DNA of 64,000 nucleotides. Source: Eubacteriales bacterium (GTDB lineage: Bacteria; Bacillota; Clostridia; Oscillospirales; CAG-272). Every line of letters starts with the position of its first letter. The stretch's first letter is position 1. The notes under the pieces were generated by a model. The model was not told where the DNA came from. It saw nothing but the letters and a program-made list of their open reading frames with translations, and ran no database searches. Positions 1-7,759 of the stretch are shown in pieces. The position numbers and the translations under genes were made by a program. Where the stretch lies: contig JAZNJH010000031.1 in assembly GCA_045577925.1 (NCBI GenBank), forward strand, positions 115,612 through 179,611, read 5' to 3'.

Positions 1-70
1 TTGAAAGATGATAAAGTCCATATACTGTAAAAACTGCCACTAATATTTCAATAACGGTACTAAAGAACAT
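1..70 (-). CDS. Partial small membrane protein (MFFSTVIEILVAVFTVYGLYHLS...), runs off the window edge
   Basis: GGAGG SD, then ATG at 70; open hydrophobic frame to base 1. Confidence 0.55.
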   Translation of the reverse strand, partial: MFFSTVIEILVAVFTVYGLYHLS

Positions 71-140
71 AGAACCTCCATCAGCCAAACGGCAAAATTT
101 CTTTCACCTTCAGTCTATGCCATAAGTACCGTTATTGTCT

Positions 141-1316
141 TTATATAAGCTTTTTAAGCTCGTCGACAAGGTCGCATTTCTCCCAAAGGATGTCAGCTTC
201 CTCGCGTCCTACGTGACCGTATGCTGCAAGCTTTTTATATATCGGACGTCTTAATTTAAATCGTTCGATTATAGCCGCAGGTCTGAGGTCAACAAGCTTT
301 GTTACTGCTTCCGAGATTTTTTCTTCGTCTATTTTGCTTGTACCGAACGTATCAACAAGAACTGATACAGGCTTGGCTACACCGATAGCGTAAGCGATCT
401 GCACCTCACATTTATCTGCAAGTCCTGCCGCAACTATATTCTTTGCTATATATCGTGCCGCATATGATGCGCTTCTGTCAACCTTTGTCGGATCCTTACC
501 AGAAAATGCTCCGCCGCCGTGACGTGAATATCCTCCGTACGTGTCAACGATTATCTTTCTGCCTGTAAGACCGCTGTCTCCGTTAGGTCCGCCGATTACA
601 AAGCGGCCTGTGGGATTAACGAAGATCTTTGTTTCATTATCCATAAGTTTTTCGGGAATAACCGGCTTGATTACATTTTCAATAATGTCAGCTCTGATAG
701 TGTCGAGAGTAACGTTGTCGTCGTGCTGAGATGAAACTACCACTGTATCAACGCGTACAGGCTTGTCATCTTCATATTCAATTGTAACCTGTGTTTTACC
801 GTCAGGACGAAGATAACTGAGCTTGCCCGATTTACGCACATCTGTGAGCTTTCTTGCAAGCTTATGGGCAAGAGAAATAGGGAGCGGCATATACTCGGGT
901 GTTTCGTTGCAGGCATATCCGAACATAAGCCCCTGGTCACCAGCACCAATATCATACTCGTCTGAGATCTTTCCGTTTTTAGCTTCAAGTGATTTATCAA
1001 CGCCAAGTGCAATGTCGGCAGACTGTGTATGTACCGAGTTTATAACAGCGCACGTGTCACAATCAAAGCCGTATTTTGCTCTGTCATAACCTATTTCGCG
1101 AACTGTTTCGCGAACTATTTTCTGGTAGTCAACAACTGCATTTGTTGTAATTTCGCCGAGTATCATAACAAGACCTGTTGTTGTGCAAGTTTCGCAGGCA
1201 ACACGGGAATTTGGATCCTGTTCAAGTATTGCATCAAGTACAGCGTCCGATATTCTGTCGCATATTTTATCGGGATGCCCCTCGGTTACCGATTCAGAGG
1301 TAAAAAACTTCTTCAT
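141..1316 (-). CDS. metK: S-adenosylmethionine synthetase
   Basis: [19 protein letters not shown] and GGGAFSGKD motifs; 391 aa. Confidence 0.99.
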   Translation of the reverse strand: MKKFFTSESVTEGHPDKICDRISDAVLDAILEQDPNSRVACETCTTTGLVMILGEITTNAVVDYQKIVRETVREIGYDRAKYGFDCDTCAVINSVHTQSADIALGVDKSLEAKNGKISDEYDIGAGDQGLMFGYACNETPEYMPLPISLAHKLARKLTDVRKSGKLSYLRPDGKTQVTIEYEDDKPVRVDTVVVSSQHDDNVTLDTIRADIIENVIKPVIPEKLMDNETKIFVNPTGRFVIGGPNGDSGLTGRKIIVDTYGGYSRHGGGAFSGKDPTKVDRSASYAARYIAKNIVAAGLADKCEVQIAYAIGVAKPVSVLVDTFGTSKIDEEKISEAVTKLVDLRPAAIIERFKLRRPIYKKLAAYGHVGREEADILWEKCDLVDELKKLI

Positions 1317-1337
1317 TTATAATTCCTTTCTAACGGA

Positions 1338-1369
1338 GAAAAACAGAGCGCCCTTGTTCCCAAGGGCGC
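1338..1369 (-). terminator. Intrinsic terminator forming the SAM-I expression platform
   Basis: 9-bp stem gcgcccttg/caagggcgc followed by TCTGTTTTT on the minus strand, between aptamer and metK SD. Confidence 0.8.
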
Positions 1370-1383
1370 GAGCTTTTATATTA

Positions 1384-1476
1384 CTCTCATCTCTCGGGAT
1401 TTAGCACCTTGCAACGTTTTCGTTGCAGGTTGCCGGGCTTCACAGGGCCAGTCCCTCCGCCGCTCTTGATAAGATT
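1384..1476 (-). ncRNA. SAM-I (S-box) riboswitch
   Basis: Minus strand reads CTTATCAAGAG-CGGCGGAGGGACTGGCCCTGTGAAGCCCG-GCAACC...GGTGCTAAATCC...GATGAGAG, upstream of metK. Confidence 0.95.
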
Positions 1477-1497
1477 ATTAAACTAATTGACGCTACA

Positions 1498-1526
1498 AGT
1501 ATAGCACATATAAACGAATATGTCAA
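1498..1526 (-). promoter_or_regulatory. Sigma-A promoter for the SAM-I/metK transcript
   Basis: TTGACA-17 nt-TATACT with extended TG. Confidence 0.8.
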
Positions 1527-1582
1527 TATTATATTACACAATTTCTCTTCCATCGACAAAAACTTTGACAAGATTAAGCTTC

Positions 1583-2059
1583 TTAATAAAACAAAGAAAT
1601 TACTGCCTTTACAAGCTGTGAGCCTACCGTCATTATTATTCCTGCCGTTACAACACCGGCAGAAATTGAAATTATTGACTTTGTCTTTGGGATATCGAAA
1701 ACAGAAGCAACGAGCGCACCCGTCCATGCTCCTGTTCCGGGCAATGGTATCGCAACAAAAACGTAAAGACCGAATACCGCGTATTTTTCTATTTTTTCGC
1801 GGTTTTTCTCTGCTTTTTCGTAAAGCCAGTTTGAAACTTTGGAGAAAAGTTTTACATTACATCCGCGCATCCATTTAAGTATTGCTTTTACAAACAGAAG
1901 TATAAACGGCGCAGGAATACAGTTTCCGATAATACTGATTATAAGCGTCGGAAGCCAGTCAAGTCCCATTCCCGTTCCTATTGGAACTGCTCCGCGCAGT
2001 TCAATAAGCGGTACCATAGATACACCGAAAACTATCAGATATTTTAAGAGTAAACTCAC
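1583..2059 (-). CDS. Small multidrug export family membrane protein (COG2426-like)
   Basis: PLIELRGAVP and FVAIPLPGTGAWTG motifs; GTG start at 2059 after GAGGT SD. Confidence 0.85.
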   Translation of the reverse strand: MSLLLKYLIVFGVSMVPLIELRGAVPIGTGMGLDWLPTLIISIIGNCIPAPFILLFVKAILKWMRGCNVKLFSKVSNWLYEKAEKNREKIEKYAVFGLYVFVAIPLPGTGAWTGALVASVFDIPKTKSIISISAGVVTAGIIMTVGSQLVKAVISLFY

Positions 2060-2075
2060 GGTATCAACCTCGTAA

Positions 2076-2669
2076 TTATTTGTGTAGTATTTTTGAAATG
2101 CGTTTATAGATAAGAAGTGCAAGAATCGAGCATAAGACGCCCTTTACGATATTAAAGGGTGCAACTGCAAATACTATCATGCTCTTAAGGTCAGCCACCC
2201 AAGGATTGAGTACACTTGCCATTTCAACAATTTTATCAAATGGCATTCCGAAAAACTCTGAGTAGAAGGGTATCATAATATAATAATTCAGAAATCCGCC
2301 AATTATTGCAAGCGACAGCGTCGAAGCTATCATCCCAATGACTGCCGATTTTATGTTTTTCTTATATTTATATATCAACGCCGCAGGAAGCACGAATGCG
2401 CATCCTGTTACGAAATTTGCAAATTCACCTACGTATGCCGTAGTTGTTCCGTTAATTATGATGTTAAGTATATTTTTTAACAGCTCTATCAGCACTCCTG
2501 CAAGCGGTCCAAGCGCAAAAGAGCCCATAAGAATCACTGATTCAGACAAATCAAGCTTATAAAAGCCCGGTGCAAACCATAACGGGAACTCAAAAAGCAT
2601 TATAATTGCACTAATAGCAGCAAGAGCTGCGACTTTTATTATGTACTTTAAGGTAGTATTTGTTTTCAT
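2076..2669 (-). CDS. ribU: ECF transporter S component, riboflavin-specific
   Basis: FEFPL..P.FYKLDLSE, ELLKN and PFNIVKG motifs; FMN riboswitch upstream; start reassigned to MKTNTT at 2669. Confidence 0.9.
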   Translation of the reverse strand: MKTNTTLKYIIKVAALAAISAIIMLFEFPLWFAPGFYKLDLSESVILMGSFALGPLAGVLIELLKNILNIIINGTTTAYVGEFANFVTGCAFVLPAALIYKYKKNIKSAVIGMIASTLSLAIIGGFLNYYIMIPFYSEFFGMPFDKIVEMASVLNPWVADLKSMIVFAVAPFNIVKGVLCSILALLIYKRISKILHK

Positions 2670-2733
2670 GTTATCTTCCCTTTCATAAAGCTTACTTATA
2701 CATATGAACAAACAGGAAAAGATAAACCGTAAT

Positions 2734-2760
2734 AAAAAAACTCCGCGAGATACCGCGGAG
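2734..2760 (-). terminator. Terminator of the FMN riboswitch expression platform
   Basis: ctccgcg/cgcggag stem followed by T7 on the minus strand. Confidence 0.85.
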
Positions 2761-2767
2761 CAACGGC

Positions 2768-2877
2768 ATCTTCTCTCATCCGGACTATACCGTCGGCTCA
2801 GGAATTTCACCTGATCGGCACTTTCGTGTTAGTGGGCTTTACCACCGGTATGGACTTACACCATTTCCCGAAGATAA
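2768..2877 (-). ncRNA. FMN riboswitch (RFN element)
   Basis: ATCTTCGGG...GGTGTAAGTCC..ACCGGTGGTAAAGCCCAC...GATCAGGTGAAATTCCTGAGCCGACGGTATAGTCCGGATGAGAGAAGAT, upstream of ribU. Confidence 0.95.
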
Positions 2878-2999
2878 TCCTATGCAGGGCTGAAAATCAG
2901 CCCTGCATAAGCATCTGTTGATATTTAACCGATTAAATTCGGCATTGCGAAAGGATTGTTCTAAAAGAATGATCCTTTCACAGTTGCGTAGCAACTGTT

Positions 3000-4205
3000 T
3001 TATTCAGCGATTTCAGTAACAACGCCTGAACCAACTGTTCTACCGCCTTCACGGATAGCGAAACGGAGACCCTTTTCAATAGCGATAGGTGTGATGAGCT
3101 CAACGTTCATGATTACGTTATCGCCGGGACGGCACATGTCTGTGCCTTCGGGAAGGTTGATTACGCCTGTAACGTCAGTTGTTCTGAAGTAGAACTGAGG
3201 TCTGTAACCTGTAAAGAAGGGCTTCTGACGTCCGCCTTCCTTTTCAGTAAGAACGTATACCTGACCTGCAAACTTTGTGTAGGGCTTGATGGAGCCGGGC
3301 TTACAAAGAACCTGACCTCTTTCGATACTCTCCTTACCAATACCACGGAGAAGCGCACCGATGTTATCGCCTGCTCCAGCTTCGTCCATGAGCTTGTGGA
3401 ACATTTCGATACCTGTGATAACAGTTGTCTTTGTTTCTTCTGTAAGACCAACGATTTCAACTGTATCAGACATCTTGAGCTGACCACGTTCTACACGACC
3501 TGTAGCAACTGTACCACGACCGGAGATCGAGAATACGTCCTCGACAGGCATAAGGAAGGGCTGGTCGCTCTTTCTGTCGGGAGTAGGAATATAGGAGTCA
3601 ACCTGCTCCATGAGTTCAAGAATAGGAGCGTATACAGGATCGGACTGATCTGTGCTTTCAGAAAGGAGAGCTTCACGAGCAGAACCCTTAACGATCGGAA
3701 TATCATCACCCGGGAAGTCGTACTGAGAAAGGAGATCGCGGATTTCCATTTCAACGAGATCGAGAAGTTCGGGGTCGTCAACGATATCGCACTTGTTCAT
3801 GAATACAACCATTGCGGGAACGCCAACCTGACGAGCGAGAAGCACGTGTTCACGTGTCTGCTGAAGAGGTCCGTCTGTACCTGCAACAACGAGGATAGCG
3901 CCGTCCATCTGAGCTGCACCGGTGATCATGTTCTTTACATAGTCAGCGTGGCCGGGGCAGTCAACGTGAGCGTAGTGGCGGTTAGCCGTTTCATACTCAA
4001 CGTGACGAGTGTTGATTGTGATACCTCTTTCTCTTTCTTCGGGTGCGTTGTCGATCTGGTCATATGCCATTGCTTCGATGTTAGCATTGCCGAGAGAGAG
4101 TGTCTTTGTGATAGCTGCTGTAAGAGTTGTCTTACCGTGGTCAACGTGACCGATTGTACCAATGTTAACGTGGGGCTTGGTACGTTCAAACTTAGCCTTT
4201 GCCAT
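3000..4205 (-). CDS. tuf: Elongation factor Tu
   Basis: [24 protein letters not shown] and NKCD motifs; 401 aa. Confidence 0.99.
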   Translation of the reverse strand: MAKAKFERTKPHVNIGTIGHVDHGKTTLTAAITKTLSLGNANIEAMAYDQIDNAPEERERGITINTRHVEYETANRHYAHVDCPGHADYVKNMITGAAQMDGAILVVAGTDGPLQQTREHVLLARQVGVPAMVVFMNKCDIVDDPELLDLVEMEIRDLLSQYDFPGDDIPIVKGSAREALLSESTDQSDPVYAPILELMEQVDSYIPTPDRKSDQPFLMPVEDVFSISGRGTVATGRVERGQLKMSDTVEIVGLTEETKTTVITGIEMFHKLMDEAGAGDNIGALLRGIGKESIERGQVLCKPGSIKPYTKFAGQVYVLTEKEGGRQKPFFTGYRPQFYFRTTDVTGVINLPEGTDMCRPGDNVIMNVELITPIAIEKGLRFAIREGGRTVGSGVVTEIAE

Positions 4206-4281
4206 TTTGAATTCCTCCTGAATTATAAATGTTTTTGAATTTTTGTTTTTGTATTAACAGCCTTGCGGCTTTTAACTGTGA

Positions 4282-6363
4282 TTACTGATTCTTACCGCGC
4301 TTAGCGATAATTGCTTCCTGGAGGCTCTTAGGCACTTCTGCGAAGTGGCTGGGCTCCATAGAATAGGTTCCGCGTCCCTGTGTCATGGAACGAAGAGTTG
4401 TTGCATATCCGAACATTTCGGAAAGCGGGATCATTGCAGTTACCTGCTGACCGCCTGATACGGGATCCATAGACTGGATCTGTCCGCGCTTTGAGTTTAC
4501 GTGACCCATAACGTCACCGAGATAATCATCAGGAGTTACTACAACTACCTTAACGATCGGCTCAGTGATTACAGGATCAGCCTTTCTCATAGCTTCCTTG
4601 AATGCCATGGAAGCTGCGATCTTGAACGCCATTTCCGAAGAGTCGACTTCGTGGTACGAACCATCGTAAAGTGTGATCTTTACGTCAACAACATTGTAAC
4701 CTGCAAGTACACCGTTCTGCATAGCGCTCTGGAGACCTGCGTCAACTGCGGGGATATATTCCTTCGGAATAGCACCGCCGACAACCTTGTTTACGAATTC
4801 GTAACCGGCACCGGGTTCGTTGGGTTCCATTATGATCTTAACGTGACCATACTGACCCTTACCACCCGACTGGCGTGCCTACTTATGGTTAACTTCTGCG
4901 CTCTTGCGGATCGTTTCCTTGTATGCAACCTGAGGAGCACCAACATTCGCTTCTACCTTAAATTCACGGAGAAGTCTGTCTACGATGATCTCGAGGTGAA
5001 GCTCACCCATTCCGGCGATAATTGTCTGACCGGTTTCTTCATCGGTGTAGGTTCTGAATGTGGGGTCTTCTTCTGCAAGCTTTGCAAGTGCGATACCCAT
5101 CTTTTCCTGACCTGCTTTGGTCTTGGGCTCGATTGCTACGCTGATAACAGGTTCCGGGAATTCCATGGATTCAAGTATAATAGGATGCTTGTCATCACAG
5201 AATGTGTCACCTGTTGTTGTATTCTTAACGCCGCATACAGCTGCGATATCGCCTGAATAGCAAACATCGATATCTGCACGCTCGTTTGAATGCATCTGAA
5301 GGATTCTTCCGAATCTTTCGTGTGATTTTTTGGTGGAGTTATATACGCTCTCACCCTTGTTGATCTTACCAGAGTAAACTCTGAAGAAGCAGAGCTTACC
5401 AACGAATGGGTCTGTCATGATCTTGAATGCAAGTGCAGAGAAAGGTGCATTGTCATCAGCAGGTCTTTCATCCTCGTCACCTGTATCGGGGTTTACACCC
5501 TTGATCGCAGGAATGTCGAGAGGAGAAGGCATGTAGTCGATAACTGCGTCGAGCATCTTCTGTACGCCCTTGTTCTTATAAGATGTACCGCAAACTACGG
5601 GTACTATCTGGTTAGCAATTGTTGCCTTACGAAGAGCCTTCTTGAGTTCATCAATTGTAGGTTCTTCTCCGGAGCAGTACTTTTCAAACAGTTCTTCGTC
5701 TGTTTCGCAGATTGCTTCAACCATTGCTGCTCTGTATTCTTCGGCCTTATCTTTAAGGTCTGCGGGAATCTCTTCAACTCTCATGTCCTTACCGAGGTCA
5801 TCGTAATATACGTCTGCCTCCATGTTCATAAGGTCAACAATTCCGCGGAAATCTGATTCAGCTCCGATAGGAAGCTGTATCGGAATAGCATTAGCCTTAA
5901 GTCTGGACTTCATCATGTCTACAACTCTGTAGAAGTCTGCACCTGTGATATCCATCTTATTTACATATGCCATTCTCGGAACCTGGTATTTGTCAGCCTG
6001 ACGCCAAACGGTTTCAGACTGAGGCTCAACGCCGCCCTTAGCGCAAAGTACGGTTACTGAACCGTCGAGAACTCTGAGCGAACGTTCAACTTCAACTGTG
6101 AAGTCAACGTGACCGGGGGTATCGATAATGTTTATACGGTTACCCTTCCAGTAGCATGTTGTAGCAGCAGAGGTAATTGTAATACCTCTTTCCTGCTCCT
6201 GCTCCATCCAGTCCATCGTCGCGCCGCCATCGTGAGTTTCACCCATTTTATAGGTCTTACCTGTATAGAAAAGGATACGCTCTGTTGTGGTGGTCTTACC
6301 GGCGTCGATGTGAGCCATGATACCAATATTCCTTGTGTTATCAAGTGAATATTCTCTTGCCAT
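4282..6363 (-). CDS. fusA: Elongation factor G; one reading frame interrupted by an in-frame TAG at codon 495 (4879-4881)
   Basis: ORFs 4879..6363 and 4282..4830 are in the same frame (2082 nt = 694 codons); the join reads [24 protein letters not shown]. Confidence 0.97.
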
Positions 6364-6393
6364 TTGTTTCTCCTTGTTTTTGCAGTTGGGTTA

Positions 6394-6864
6394 TTAATAT
6401 CTGTAGTGTGCAAACGCCTTGTTTGCTTCAGCCATACGGTGAGTTTCTTCCTTCTTCTTAAAGGATCCACCTGTGCTGCCCACTGCATCAATTATTTCAG
6501 CCGCGAGTCTTTCGGCCATGGTTCTTTCGCCTCTTGATCTCGAATATGTTGTGATCCAACGGAGTCCGAGAGTCTGACGTCTCTCAGGTCTTACTTCCAT
6601 AGGAACCTGGTAAGTTGAACCGCCGATACGGCGAGCCTTTACCTCGAGAACGGGCATGATGTTTTCAAGTGCTTCATTGAACGCGTCGAGCGGGTTCTTC
6701 GAAAGCTTTGCTTCAACGATCGCAAACGCATCGTATACGATCTTCTGGGCTACGCCCTTCTTGCCGTCCAGCATAATGTTGTTGATAAGCTTTGTTACAA
6801 GCTTTGAATTATACAAAGGATCCGGCAAAACGTCTCTTTTGGAAATTTTTCCTCTTCTGGGCAT
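6394..6864 (-). CDS. rpsG: 30S ribosomal protein S7
   Basis: MPRRG...[13 protein letters not shown]; start at 6864 after AAGGAGG; 156 aa. Confidence 0.99.
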   Translation of the reverse strand: MPRRGKISKRDVLPDPLYNSKLVTKLINNIMLDGKKGVAQKIVYDAFAIVEAKLSKNPLDAFNEALENIMPVLEVKARRIGGSTYQVPMEVRPERRQTLGLRWITTYSRSRGERTMAERLAAEIIDAVGSTGGSFKKKEETHRMAEANKAFAHYRY

Positions 6865-6944
6865 TGTACTTCCCTCCTTCATAAATAATGAATTCATAGG
6901 TACTCGAAAGTTTTCTCCCGTTATTGCTCCACCAGAAGAATTTC

Positions 6945-6988
6945 GCGGTAGTAGATATAAACACACGCATTATTTCTCTGAGGAAACA
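6945..6988 (-). repeat. Downstream arm of a long imperfect inverted repeat flanking rpsL
   Basis: Complementary to 7486-7528, with a 13-bp perfect core gtagatataaaca/tgtttatatctac plus 5-, 12- and 8-bp segments. Confidence 0.85.
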
Positions 6989-7064
6989 TAACTTATGATT
7001 TTTTCTTAATACCTCGCAGCTTTCGCTGCATTTTTGTTTGTGAAGCCTTTACCGCTTACGGTAA

Positions 7065-7481
7065 TTACTTCTTCTTAGGACGCTTTGCGCCGTACTTAGA
7101 ACGTGACTGCATACGGTTGTTCACGCCCTGTGCATCAAGAGTACCACGGATGATATGATAACGTACACCAGGCAGGTCACGTACACGTCCGCCTCTTATA
7201 AGAACAACAGAGTGTTCCTGAAGGCCGTGTCCGATACCCGGGATGTAGGTTGTCGCTTCCATGCCGTTTGTAAGTCTTACTCTGGCGATCTTACGAAGAG
7301 CCGAGTTAGGCTTCTTAGGGCTGGTTGTGGTAACCTTAGCACATACGCCTCTCTTCTGGGGAGAAGGCTGGTCGACCGCTTTCTTAGTAAGGCTGTTGAA
7401 GCCCTTCTGAAGAACAGGAGCCTTAGACTTGTAAGTCTTTTCCTGACGGCCGTGCTTTACAAGCTGGTTAAAGGTTGGCAT
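7065..7481 (-). CDS. rpsL: 30S ribosomal protein S12
   Basis: [18 protein letters not shown] and [12 protein letters not shown] motifs. Confidence 0.99.
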   Translation of the reverse strand: MPTFNQLVKHGRQEKTYKSKAPVLQKGFNSLTKKAVDQPSPQKRGVCAKVTTTSPKKPNSALRKIARVRLTNGMEATTYIPGIGHGLQEHSVVLIRGGRVRDLPGVRYHIIRGTLDAQGVNNRMQSRSKYGAKRPKKK

Positions 7482-7485
7482 ACTG

Positions 7486-7528
7486 CACCTCCTTAAAGAA
7501 ATAATGTGATGTTTATATCTACAACCGC
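7486..7528 (-). repeat. Upstream arm of the rpsL-flanking inverted repeat; includes the rpsL SD
   Basis: Minus strand gcggttgtagatataaacatcacattatttctttaaggaggtg is complementary to 6945-6988. Confidence 0.85.
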
Positions 7529-7624
7529 TTCCTATAAGGTCTTTGGACCGAATATGACCCGGATGTATTCGTATTTATGCCGCGGGTTTTGGGCATAGTT
7601 TCCCTTACCGCAGAAATACACTCT

Positions 7625-7654
7625 ATTATAGCATTCTTTTTAGCTTTTTGTCAA
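7625..7654 (-). promoter_or_regulatory. Sigma-A promoter of the str operon
   Basis: TTGACA-18 nt-TATAAT with extended TG. Confidence 0.85.
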
Positions 7655-7759
7655 GAATCTGAGTGCGATTTACAAAAAATTCAAAAAATTCTCCGTTATG
7701 CACAAAACGTAAGTGGTCATTTTTATTATTTGTGCCAAAAAAGTGATAATTATTCAGCA

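Noticed and set aside
1250-1262. Arg at a usually-Gln site of MetK (CDRISD) as a sign of Arg-codon reassignment
   Set aside because: The codon is AGA, and the odd Arg residues in EF-Tu and S12 use CGT; there is no consistent CGG/AGG pattern.
1423-1878. 151-aa plus-strand ORF
   Set aside because: Overlaps the SAM riboswitch, its promoter and a real minus-strand gene; no protein-like features.
2670-2810. N-terminal extensions in the ORF track (ribU here; likewise rpsG, rplS, argD, argC)
   Set aside because: They run through riboswitch or leader sequence; SD-supported starts lie downstream.
4282-4830. Separate 182-aa EF-G C-terminal gene (naturally split EF-G)
   Set aside because: Same frame as the upstream part; the intervening codons encode the conserved RQSGG.GQYGH motif and no SD precedes the internal ATG.
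3396-5256. Long antisense ORFs opposite tuf (280 aa) and fusA (251 aa)
   Set aside because: Expected shadow of strong codon bias in highly expressed genes; no recognisable motifs.
6945-7528. rpsL-flanking inverted repeat as transposon ends or an invertible segment
   Set aside because: No transposase or recombinase nearby, the cargo is a core gene in normal synteny, and mismatches are mostly G-U compatible on the mRNA strand.
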